From assembly GCF_021869535.1 (NCBI RefSeq), contig NW_026262690.1:57598001-57662000 (forward strand): a stretch of 64,000 bases of DNA, read 5' to 3'. Below the pieces are notes generated by a model, which saw nothing but the letters and a program-made list of their open reading frames with translations, ran no database searches and was not told the origin of the DNA. Below are positions 52,666 to 64,000 of this stretch, one piece after another. The DNA is from Mytilus californianus (lineage: Eukaryota). Position 1 is the first letter of the stretch. Each line of letters starts with the position of its first letter. The translations under genes were made by a program, and so were the position numbers.

Positions 52666-52971
52666 GTTTTATGGCTGTTTATAGAGGTAACATTGATGCA
52701 GATTTGTGTCCTGGTTACCGATATATGCCAGTTAACTTCAAGTCAAATATAATTGAAAGCTGTATATTTCTGAAATCCAAATGCAATGGTGAAGGACAGC
52801 TGGTACATCACAATTGGTCGTTGGCAGAGGATACTGCTTGCACGTGTGACTTTTCGAACGGATATGCATTTATCCAAAAGCCAAAAAATAATTGTTATTG
52901 TGTGCCTTCCCAAGAAGACTGCTCTTGTTACAAGAAACAGTGTGGGGATAGCAATTACGTTCTATCACCAG
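52666..52971 (+). CDS. Cysteine-rich protein, coding exon 3
   Basis: Acceptor aatcacag, donor GTAGGA; (G)FMAVYRGNIDADLCPGYRYMPVNFKSNIIESCIFLKSKCNGEGQLVHHNWSLAEDTACTCDFSNGYAFIQKPKNNCYCVPSQEDCSCYKKQCGDSNYVLSP plus g; 10 Cys; phase 1 matches exon 2. Confidence 0.8.
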
Positions 52972-55074
52972 GTAGGATATAAGAAACTTATAAATTTTAC
53001 AAATTATGTACTATGATATATAGCTACTTCAGTACTCTTAGATAGGTACTCTTGTCTTTGTCATAAATGATTGTGTTGTTTTTGTTGTGCTAAATTCTGA
53101 TTTGTCGGATTAATCACTTTTTTAATTTTTCATACTGTTCCACCGGGTTCAACCCACCATTTTTTCTTAAAATGTCCTGTTCCAAGTCAGGAATATGGCA
53201 ATTGTTATCACATAGTCCGTTTTTATGTATGTTGGCGTTTGTTTTTGTAGCAGTTCAGTGTTTCTGTTGTTCCATTTTGTTTCCTCTTATAGTTGATGTG
53301 TTTCCCTCAGTTTTGGTTTGTGACCCGGATTTGTTTCAGTTTAATCGATTTTTGACTATTGAACAGCGGTATACTACAATTGCCTTTATTTCGAATGATG
53401 TACTGTTTCACCGTTTTCTCAAGTTAGAATATTGGTTTCATTTATCAAAAACATGTATAATCCGCAATTTTGTGTATGTGTCTGTCCCAAGCAAGACGCC
53501 TGTAATACAGTACTTCATTTTGTTGCGGTCCGTCATATTTGTTTTTGTTTCATTTAATTTGCTTGTCAGGCCTTGGTTTTCTGTTTTGAGGTGCCACCAA
53601 TTTTGTTGTCCTAAGCCATTCCATCTTCCAAGAGAAAACGTGCTGATCTTGTAAGGCCTGTTTTCTATTAAACAAATTGCCACAAAAGTTTTTAAGAAAA
53701 AATGGAGTGAACCTCGCACAATTTTTATGCAGAAATTGATCTTGCCATTAATGCCATACTCTACGGCATGTGTTTTGTATTTTTAAAACACTTTTGACGG
53801 TTGTATTGTGACCTGCAGTTGTCTACATCCTTGGCTTTCGTTCTTTTTGTGGATAGTTGTCTAATCGGCAATCAAACCAAATTTCCTTTTTTTTTTAGAT
53901 GACATGGCATTTTCCAAAACAATTTTTCATCTCGGTCCTGCCTTAAGAGGTTGATATTATATCATGACAAAAATAATACATAAAGTGTTATTCAAAATGT
54001 TGGTTTTTATCTCCAATCAGATCGTTAAATTTCTCGTATAAATCGTTTTACATTTGTCATTCCATGACCTTTTATAGCTTGCAATGGGTTTGCTCATTGT
54101 TGAAGGCTGTACGGTGACCCATTGTTGCTTACTTCTACGTCATTTGGTCTCTGGAGAGTTGTCTCATTAGCAATTATACCACATCTTCTTATTTTTATAT
54201 TGAACATTCCTTTTGAAAAGTAGATTATCCGAAATCTCCCCATACAATGCTAATTCAAACGTTTATGAATTTGTACAAAAAATCATATTATTAGATAAAT
54301 CACATTTTTTCTGTATTTAGATGAAATGGCTAACAAAATGAATTGCATTCTTGTCTAAAACTTGCATGATTTGCTAATATTTAACATCCAAAGTTGTGGA
54401 AGACCATCGATCTAACTTAAATGTAGATTAAGATTGGTTATGTTTTTATTTGCTAATGGCAAATTTTTCATCTGAGATATTAAGATTTAAAAAAAAATAA
54501 GAAGAAAAAGAACTGAATGAACTTTACAACTCGAGCTTGTTTTCTCAGAATACTTGTTTACCATTTCATGTGTTTTTTAAGTTATACTTAAGACACTTCA
54601 TGGCAGTTTAATTTTACGCGAATAGTGTTTTAATGCTTTTCTTTTAGGTAATTGATCTGTTAAACTAAATCATCGTTGATCCTCTCATCTACTAAGAATG
54701 ATAACGTTATCTTAACATTTGTTATAATATATGTAAAAATTTGGTGACTATGTTCATCGAATCTATTCTGATGAACTTTAAATAAAGGATAATACAAATA
54801 TTTTTTGGTCTACTTATACAATATCTTGACAGTTAGGATCGGTGGAAATCAAAATTTTATAATAAATAATGGGAAAAAGGTCAACTTATATTCGACAGTT
54901 TACGCAAGCATTATCATTTTGTTGACCGTTATAAACTATTTGTGTCAAAGTTGACAACGAATATGTTGCACTTGTCGAATCAATAATTTCTTCAGCTTTT
55001 TTTTTCGTTTATTTTCAATTGATAAGACCGAATGTGACCAATATTTTGCCTGTCTAGAGCAGCACTATATAAAC

Positions 55075-55243
55075 NNNNNNNNNNNNNNNNNNNNNNNNNN
55101 NNNNNNNNNNNNNNNNNNNNNNNNNNNNNNNNNNNNNNNNNNNNNNNNNNNNNNNNNNNNNNNNNNNNNNNNNNNNNNNNNNNNNNNNNNNNNNNNNNNN
55201 NNNNNNNNNNNNNNNNNNNNNNNNNNNNNNNNNNNNNNNNNNN
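55075..55243. other. Assembly gap (N run)
   Basis: Run of about 169 N; true length unknown. Confidence 0.97.
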
Positions 55244-57855
55244 ACGACGGCGGTGAAGATGATGATTTCTAGCACAAAGAAATGTATTAAAGACAAAAAA
55301 ATTCTATATAATATCGAAATATAATCCGGACACAAAAACATTTATCTCTTCCCAAATGTAAAACGTGACATTCAAATAAACTTAATGATCGGTCATCCAT
55401 ACGATTAAAGAAGAAACGAGAGATATTTATTAATGTTACCAATGCTAATTAACAGTCTTCATGTAAATATCTTGCCATTTCAGATTACAATTGCAAAATA
55501 TCCAAACTAGTAAAGACACAGTCTTTGGATTCACATAATTTTCAATGTCACGCTTACCCAGACAGGTAAGGTCAAATTTAAGTTTCAAATTTCGAAATGA
55601 TCTTCCTGAGCAATCAGCAGTACACATTTCATATATTAAGGGATATGTCATTCAAACTTTGGACTCTAGCGTACATGATATGGTTACCGCATATGATATA
55701 GACTAAGTGAAAATGGGATTAATAAATAATTTGCTTTAAGGCATGTTTAGATTATTCAATCTATTGATTTTTTTCTTTTGTGTTAGCTTGTTCCCCTAGA
55801 TGAAGCCAATATAAAAAGCGTCCGTCAGGCATCGACATGCCTAATCATGTCGTGCCATAACGGATTCAAGTCGAGACTAGTAGATACAAGTGTATCCGTC
55901 AGAGAGTTTCAATCCAGAGGTTTACTCCTCTTTAAAATACTGGTGGTAAAAAGTCTTGTTTGGTGAGGGATCCCAATAACGTCCAATTGAATATACTACA
56001 ACGGAACTGTTTGGCTGCAGACACGTCTATATCATGTATAATCTGTAAGTGAAGAAATCCAAAAATGTATCTACTGTTATAAAATATCATCAGGTTTGTA
56101 CTTACATGATCAACACGTCGGGTGCCACGTTTATCTCAGAAGAAACTTTTTATAACATTTTACATCTTGCAAAAGCATTTTGGTAAAATTACGAAAAATA
56201 TGAAACAATTATCACAGGAAAGCACAATGAAATAAAAATAATTGGAACAAACCACTCTTAAAACCAAAGCAAGAATCGGTGCTACAAAGGTGATGGAGGC
56301 TCCACGAAATTACTTGTGTTAAATACTCCTTAAATAAGATGCTTATTCTACAGTATAATTTTATCAAAAGAATGCATGTTTTTAAATATCTAGTTGAAAC
56401 TTTATTCTAACATTTTTAAGATATTGTTTACAATCTGCTTTTTTTTCATTGATTTTTACACAGAATTCAGTTGCAGACAAATGATAGAATGAAATCGATA
56501 TCGCCTTGTTTGTCAGATTGTATTATGAAAGTTCCATTCAAGGGTAAGATATATTTCTAAAATACGCTTTCTCTAAACCGAATTGGTTTTGTATACATTT
56601 TCCTTTTTATTTTATTAGTAATTCATATATTTAATTCTTCTTTTTACCGCGGACCATGGGGGAAACTTGACTTTAGGCAAAGCACAAAATAATTTTCTAC
56701 AGTAAAATACATTTATGTTTGTTATGTACGGGGAAATAAAGAGGCCGATATAAGTGTTAACAGGCAAAAGTTTTATATTCTCTTGTTAAGAACTTTATGC
56801 TTGATTTAAAACATGTAAGCACACTTTTATATATCATTATTTTACTGGTATCTGTAAAAATTCGTCTCCAACTCAGATATTAAAAAGTATAAACACTTTT
56901 TTATGGAACCAATTAATTGCACACACTTCTATGTTCAATAAGTTAGTCCACTGATAGAGATTGAAATCGAGAAAAGGGTTGCGAAATACGAAAAGTAGTT
57001 CATATTATATGTCTTTGTAAAGCCAGGAAGCTCGAAAGTCGTAATTTTGGTCTAAATGTTTTGTCCTCTAAATGAATTGATGTTGTTGGTAGGTTTCAGT
57101 GAAATTCCTAACTATTACAGACTCGAAATTGTAACATACATAGATGGTAAGTTGATCTGTAGCTGCTTTGTTTGGTTGCTTCCTGAAGTGTACCATTCAT
57201 CTGCTTTTATTCAGATGTAGGAGATTCAAAGAAAACTTTCTAGACGATATGGTCAGTTCAAATATGATAAGAAATGAACTTCTGGTAAATGTCAATAATG
57301 GTCCCTTTATGTTTAGATTGGCGTTTTTTATTTGAATTGATATGCACCTTTCTCTTGTATGTTTGATTTAGTTTTCTTTTTGTTTTAGATAGAAGTCTTT
57401 TAGAAAAAAAAATTGATTATGCGAAAACGATGGTAGCTATGGCGCTACCTTTAAGTAGGTATTTTATTTTACATGATCAATTTCTCAAAATAAAATATCT
57501 GCGAACGAGACAATGGTTATGATAAGGTTTACTTGAGAAATCACAATTATCTTTTCTACAAAGATTATAAAATTCAGTTTTGTACCCATCACATACTTTC
57601 TATTTTTTATATTTCTGAGAGCAAATAAAATCCATAATTTTGCAACTTACCTACTGATTTCGTCTAACTTGTGTTTTAATTTTTTCATAAAAAAATTGGT
57701 TTCCAACACCAACGAAAACGTTTATATGCTCCTTTTTTAAAACTGTTAAAGTGCGTTTAACATAATGTTTGTGGCTTGCGGATTTGTAATAGATCCCTGA
57801 TTTCTTACCTAAATCATCAACAGATACGTGTACGTTGTACTCTATGGATATGTTA

Positions 57856-59911
57856 CACTCTCAAACGTGTTCATCCCCTAAACGAGCGTGCTTCGCCCAA
57901 ACGTTTCCATTTTGCTCAAACGTGTCCTTAAATTCACATTCACTCAAAAAAAACAATTTCATTCCCCAAAACGTGTCCGACTTTATCTTTTCAAACAAAA
58001 CATATCTAGTTACGACGCCACAATCCTTCAGAAAATTTTGCCCTAATTTGGACCATGTGACGTTAGACACATCGTCAATCCTCTGTTACAAAACAACATG
58101 GTCTCCAATGGTTGAATTTTCACTTCCTAATATTCTTTTTAATTACCGAGAAATTCAGAGCAGGAAAACCAGTCTGCAAATGAATGTTCAAATCAACACT
58201 GGAATTACTGAATACTTAAATTATCTCTTAATGTATCAAGTCGAAATCTTTACGAAAATCTATGAACAAGGACAGAATCATAATGAAGGTATTTAAGTTG
58301 AATTAAAGAATATTATTATGAATAACAGATTTTGTTTTAAACGTCAAATTGAACATGACTTTCCAAGTGTTTTCTGTTGATCTATGCTGCAGCTCAAAAT
58401 AAATGTCAGCAAGTATAAAGAGCTGTTTTCATGACATTTGAAGGTTTCAACTCAGTTGTATACTTTCCGCCGCTAGTCAATAAGCACTAATATCTCCTTA
58501 TTTTTGTGTTTAATTAAAGCAACAACTTACCTTAGCTAGAGTAAGGTTGCACCAGAGTTTCCGACCCATAGTTGTCATTATCATTCAGAGCATTCGTTCG
58601 TTGTGTGATCAGGAGCATTACACAGTTTCAGTATCAAGAGGCAATTTAGTCAGTCTCTTGTTGCAAAATCCTACAAGCCGCCCATTTCATAGAAAATCTC
58701 TATTTTGAGAGAAAAAATACCGAGGTGGCATTAAAAAGTCAAAGTTGGATAAAAACAGACTACACAATGGCGAAAATTAAAAACGACGACATGAAAAACA
58801 ACAATAATAATCATCACATAGAACACCAAATAATGATCAACACGAACCCCAACAAAAAACCGGGTAAAACATAGATATTCCATAACGGTCAACCAAACCA
58901 TGATGGCGACCGTAACACTTTCGAAGGGATAACTTCAACTTTACCGTTTGAAATCCTCGCAATATCGCCCTTGTAAGTAGTTTATCGTGTCTTCAAATAT
59001 CCTTATAATCTTCTGGTATGGACTTGGTTTCATGGTCATGGTAGAATAACCGTTTTTGTCAAGCTTGCGAAATTATTTCGGAAAAGCGAGACATATCGAT
59101 TCTAGATTCCGTCGTCGGGGGCGTCAACATTTAGGTTAAGTCTGTGGTTAAATTTTTTGTTTAGACATTGATAACTTTGTCAAACCTACATGGAATATTA
59201 TGAAATTTGGACAGAAGCTTTTTTATGACCAACATACTGTATCCAGAGCAAATTTTTTAAAACATTTATATTCTTTTCTCCGTTTTTTACTGATAAATGG
59301 ACTTAGTTTTTTTTACAGTTTACAAATAGATACAGTCTGGATATAAAGTTTGTTACACATCAATTAATTTGTTAAACCTTCATAGAGTTTTATGAAACTT
59401 TGGCAGAAGCATTTTAATGTTTAAGAGATAATGTCTGAAGCAAACATTTGAAAATATATTTTATTCGTTTTAAGTATTTTTCTGATAGATGGACTGTTTT
59501 TTACAGTTAACAGACAGTCGAGGGTTAAATTTGTTTGACATGATAAATTTGTTAACCTTCATGGATTGTTATGAAACTTGGACAAAATTTAATCTTCAAG
59601 AGCAAGACATTTCAGCTAAACAAAAAGTGTGATGTTTTTTTTTTAAATTCTGTATTTTACTGATAAATGGACTCACTTTTTAAGTCAACATTACACTTTT
59701 ACACTGACAGCAGCAATCTCACGCGAAACACCGGGTTCCCCGGAACCCCTAACAATTTTTTATCAAGATGAAACATTTGGCCATTTGAAATATGGACATG
59801 ATCAGGCCTTTCTGAAAGGATACGTTTGAGCGTTTTTCAACAAATAGTCTTGTTTGAGCAGACAGTGTCGTCATATGGACACGTTTGAGGATTTGGATAC
59901 GCTGTAAAGTG
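57856..59911. mobile_element. CACT...AGTG TIR element (CMC/EnSpm-like, non-autonomous) with TA flanks
   Basis: TA then CACTCTCAAACG... and ...GCTGTAAAGTG then TA; inverted subterminal repeats CTCAAACGTGTCC/GGACACGTTTGAG; hosts a PLE 3' piece and HINE-like element 5. Confidence 0.6.
59066..59762 (+). mobile_element. Helentron/HINE-like element 5 with tandem units of about 185-190 bp
   Basis: T-run start, gcgagaca IR, short (GTC)n, unit ataaatggact...tttacag at about 59293, 59484 and 59663, 3' hairpin gggttcc-cc-ggaaccc followed by a T-run. Confidence 0.65.
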
Positions 59912-61261
59912 TAAGGTATATAGTTAATTCGTTACTTATATTCCTTTGTATTAAGCAAAAAGTGTTTTACTGTTATTAGTTATATATTAGAAATCATTAA
60001 AGCTGTGAACCAAATACTGGAATTATTTTTATTAATTTAAAATGTATTTTTTTAGGTTTAGTTTGTCTGATATTTTGTAAGTATTTTTAATTCGAATTTG
60101 TATAATGAGAACTATCTAAAAATCATATGGATCGTATACAAATACATTCAGAATATTTATTAAATGCAAAGATTCTAAACACGATTGACAGGTGTTCATT
60201 GATAATAATACTGTAAACCAACTAATTTTCGCGCATACTATATTTCTAGTTTTGCACTTTCTAGTTGGCTTCGCGGCGATTTATTTTCTTTATATTTATA
60301 TAAGGGAAGATCGCAGTTTAACATTTTTGCGACGATTTATAAAGCGTTGTTTTTCTTACCGTGAAAGTCGCGATCATTACATGGTTTACAGTGAACGTGT
60401 AAAGTACTTTTGTTTTGATATGAACGTTAAAAATGTCTATTGTAGACAAAACTTACGTTTGGCGTACTTAATTATTAGCATTGTATATTTGATGCGTATT
60501 CTCAACCACTGGGTTGTTTCAACTGCCGGTGGACATTTCGTCACCGAATGTATCATCTGGTCAGTAGACTGCATTTCTATGCATTTTTAATTACCAACAT
60601 TAATTTTGAAATACTAAGGTTTTTTACCTCAATGCTTAGATGACCTTATCAAGATTAGCACCTTTTTTTTGCGGTGGTTCATCGCTGTTAGAGTGTTTTG
60701 TTTTTGATTTGGCCTTCGAAATAGTTTTAATCGAGCTCCGCTTATGACTTTTTTTGTAGACGAACTGTTTATGAAAAATGTAATAGTATCAAAAACATTA
60801 AGGTGTTTCCTCCGGGGATCTATGGCCTTAGAAACATTGGGAACAATTGATTTTTTTTATCAATTTTTGTTTTGTTTTTGTGTTTTTTGGAGGGGTGTTT
60901 GCCGTACTTAATCGTAAGCCTGGTATGTTTGATGGGTTTTGCTTTAGTTTAAAGTGTTGTTCTTTGTGCTTTCTAATTTTTCATTGTTTCTGATGTTTAT
61001 ACAGTCTTGCCTGTCCTTTGTCATGAATATAATGTTGCAATTCAATTTCAAAATTTCACATTTGGTCATGCTATAGATTTGGAATATTTACATGACCGAT
61101 GATTTATGAATTTTGTGATGTCTAAGTATTATAAAAAATCAATAAACAATTAACTAATGCGTCATGCTTAATCACTTGATATAGCTCATTAACGTATCAA
61201 GGTTTTTTATAGGGTATATGTTGTTTTGTATAGGGTATATGTTGTTCTTGTATCTTGATAA

Positions 61262-61512
61262 GGCCTCTAGCCTTTGTCAGTCTTGTATTATTTTTAATTT
61301 TAGTTTCTTGTGTACAATTTGGAGTTTAGTATGGCGTTCATTATCACTGAACTAGTATATATATTTGTTTAGGGGCCAGCTGAAGGACGCCTCCGGGTGC
61401 GGGAATTTCTCGCTGCATTGAAGACCTGTTGGTGACCTTCTGCTGTTGTCTGTTCTATGGTCGGGTTGTTGTCTCTTTGACACATTCCCCATTTCCATTC
61501 TCAATTTTATTC
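61262..61512 (-). repeat. Dispersed short repeat family (best-preserved copy)
   Basis: Minus strand begins aataaaattgagaatggaaatggggaatgtgtcaaagagacaacaacccgacc; related copies at about 15060-15290, 29805-29990 and 40075-40345. Class not determined. Confidence 0.75.
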
Positions 61513-62852
61513 CTCCGTCTTTAGTTTTCTATGTTGTGCTTATCCTGTCGACGCAGCGGTCTCTCTCCTTTTAACGTTCGTGCGATTCCCTCAGTTATAG
61601 TTTATTATCTTGAATTTTCTCATCCTAATCGTTTTAACAGATTTGAACATCGGTAATTACAAACTACTGTAACTTTAACTGAATTTTTGACGAGTTATTA
61701 GAACTACTGGGTTGATGCATTAGCTGGTGGATGTTTCGTCCCAATAGTTTGCACCCCAGTGCAGATATAAAATCTCATTCACACAGTCATTCTCTTAAAC
61801 TTATTGTTTATAAAATGTTGACATATTCAAAACACAATGATTTTTCCATCTGTAAGCATAGATGGGCTTATCAAAAGTTGGTAAAACTATTTGGACTTTT
61901 AAATGCTCTTCAACTTTGTATTTGATATTGCTTTCGAATTGCCAAGAGACGAGCACCAATAGCGTACTTCATTATAAGTGTATTATCTTCGATGAGTTTT
62001 TTCTAATCAATATTCTTAAAAGTTTGAACATATGTATTAATTTGAAAAGGTGTTTGAAAGTAGTACATGTATATATTGTTTTATTAAATAATTTAATTTC
62101 CCATATATTAATCAAAAGTACTATTTCGCCCAAGACAGTATTGTAGTAAAACGGAACACAGTCTTGCTTTCCGTAACTAGAAGGAGTGACAGCTAACAAT
62201 TAACCTAAACACTAAACATCAGTGAGAAGGATTCAGCCTATTGACTCGTTAGAGAAGTGACAATGATTTATGATTGGACGGCAATGTGTCGGTAAAGCGT
62301 GGTAGTCATTTGAAGTTAAAGTCGTTATGTTTAAAAAAGTATTGCGATTGAAAAAGACAAATAGGTGTTGCATTATAGCATAAAAATATTAAGCCATCAG
62401 AAAAAGATTTGAATTTATAGTTAAATTTGGAATTTTCATTTGCATATACAATAGTAAGCTATCGGTAACAAGGAGCGTGTCTTAAATTTATTGCACCGAA
62501 GTGTGGCGATATGCGCATAAGAACAAGAGTAAAAATCAATAAAATTCTAAGCCCCCGCTTGTACTTTCAAATTTCAATGTTCAATGAATTTTAAAATTTG
62601 GACCAAAACCCTTATTTGATATAAACACCTTGATTTTTCAAAAAAACAAAAATATAGAAACATATATTATTATTTATGGCCCACGAAGTATATATCTTAG
62701 TTCATTTTGTTGTTTAAAAAATAAAAAGGTTGAAAAAAATAATGAATTAAATTAACTATTTTCTTGTCATTGGTACTAAAAATTGACAATGTTTAATTTT
62801 GGATACATAAAGTGACAATATGTGTCAGCGGTTACAATAAACAGGATAATAT

Positions 62853-63642
62853 TTAATACCGAGTTTTCGCACGAATCCCCAATGCCAACCGTCTTCTCAT
62901 TCCTTGGATCAAACTTTGAATTTGGCGTTGTAGAAGTCTGTGCCATTCCTGATGCAGAGCTTGTTTTCAGGCGAGATTCTGAACTGGTTGTACTCTACCC
63001 CGTACACGACGACCAATTATGTTCCAGATGTGCTAAATGGTGTTCATATCCCGAAGCGTTTCAAAGCGATCTACAGGACAGTGCATGGATGGGTAACCAA
63101 TGACCTTTCAACAAAATTTTGTTCGAAAACGGATTTCGTCTTACTAGTCTTCCTAAAGCAGCATCTTCCCGAGCAGATGTTTTTCGGGGGTTTCCAGTAC
63201 TGCGCTTGTCTTGAGCAGCATTCGTGAGTGGATCAATGCTTTCGTACAAGACGACTGATGATTGTGTAATGATGCCCCATCTGCATTGTTATCTGTATCA
63301 GTGACATGGCAGCCTTTCTCGTCCTAATAGTTTGCCATCTTTTCTCATTTGAGAGTTGTGATGGGCTCATGACTATAATTTCGTAAGTCAAATTGTAAAA
63401 CTATTGTGTTAAAGTTATAACAATTTGCAAACGTGGTAATAATAGTGAGTTTTCTCCTAGTTGTGGGTACCATAATGCACGTGCTAGTTATGACTTTTAC
63501 GGTAGACAAAATCGTTGGGACACAGGTATGATATCAAAAAAGGTAAACATTATCAATAAATTTTTAAATGACGAAGCATGTCCGGGTATTATTTACTAGT
63601 CATTTGTTCAAGGTGGTGTGATTTTTTTTTTTCACGTGTATA
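62853..63642 (-). pseudogene. Internally deleted Tc1-family transposase within a decayed element
   Basis: N-terminal HTH region MGHHYTIISRLVRKH / DKRSTGNPRKTSAREDAALGRLVRRNPF joins almost directly to the C-terminus DMNTI*HIWNIIGRRVRGRVQPVQ...QEWHRLLQRQIQSLIQGMRRRL...TRY*; candidate terminus tatacacgtgaaaaa at about 63642. Confidence 0.85.
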
Positions 63643-64000
63643 TATCATAAAAAGTTCACACAATAATGAATGTGTATATAGATTCAAGTTAATTTGAATA
63701 CAACTTATGCAAGAGAAGTTTACCGATGTTCAAATTTTATAAACCGATTAACAAAACTAATCAAGATAACAGACAGAAACTGATGGAATCAAGTAAAATG
63801 TAAAATTATAGATCTTTGCAGGAAGTTTTTTGTTTTGTTTTTGAAAAGGTTTTGTATGAATTCTTCTTCATATGCAAATAAAAACCCATGGTAATACCCA
63901 TGGTCTGTTCAAATCACCTCTCATACCAATAACACACATATTATATATATTGTGACTAAAATTTTCAAATTAGAACACGTGTTGAAAAATCTTAATATTG

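Noticed and set aside
53172-53654. Longest ORF in the track (160 aa)
   Set aside because: Built from a dispersed repeat also present at 42780-43045; low-complexity F/V/L/C composition typical of T-rich repeats.
60192-60590. Hydrophobic ORF as the missing transmembrane exon of the Cys-rich gene
   Set aside because: It overlaps a tactgtaaaccaact...ttttcgcg MITE-type repeat also seen at about 25348, and has no suitable phase-1 acceptor.
62822-63227. Plus-strand ORFs 62822-63103 and 62940-63227 with protein-like composition
   Set aside because: They are antisense shadows of the minus-strand Tc1 transposase remnant.

Overview
AT-rich eukaryotic genomic DNA from a bivalve, most likely a Mytilus mussel (inferred from repeat families and gene content). 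Four intron-containing genes were reconstructed by hand from GT-AG boundaries with matching phases; the supplied ORF track misses or mis-bounds most of their exons. (1) The 5' part of SPATA17 (IQ-motif protein, minus strand) runs off the left edge. (2) A complete C2orf73/CIMIP6-like ciliary microtubule protein gene (plus strand, 4 exons, about 323 aa) lies head-to-head with SPATA17, 307 bp between start codons. (3) A complete 154-aa calmodulin-like gene keeps four calmodulin-type intron positions but has a degenerate C-lobe. (4) The first three coding exons of a signal-peptide, cysteine-rich protein of an uncharacterised family; downstream exons are unresolved and there is an N-gap at about 55.1 kb. 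Introns and intergenic DNA are packed with mobile elements: Penelope-like RT fragments, a CR1/L2-type LINE 3' end, five Helentron/HINE-like elements with internal tandem repeats, TIR elements of hAT-, TA-, CACT- and Ginger-type, and a deleted Tc1 transposase. The most notable non-coding signal is a retrozyme-like repeat with a type I hammerhead ribozyme. One copy is intact, flanked by an 18-bp TSD and antisense to its host intron; the copies in sense orientation within introns all carry catalytic-core lesions. Repeat boundaries are approximate unless a TSD or TIR fixes them.
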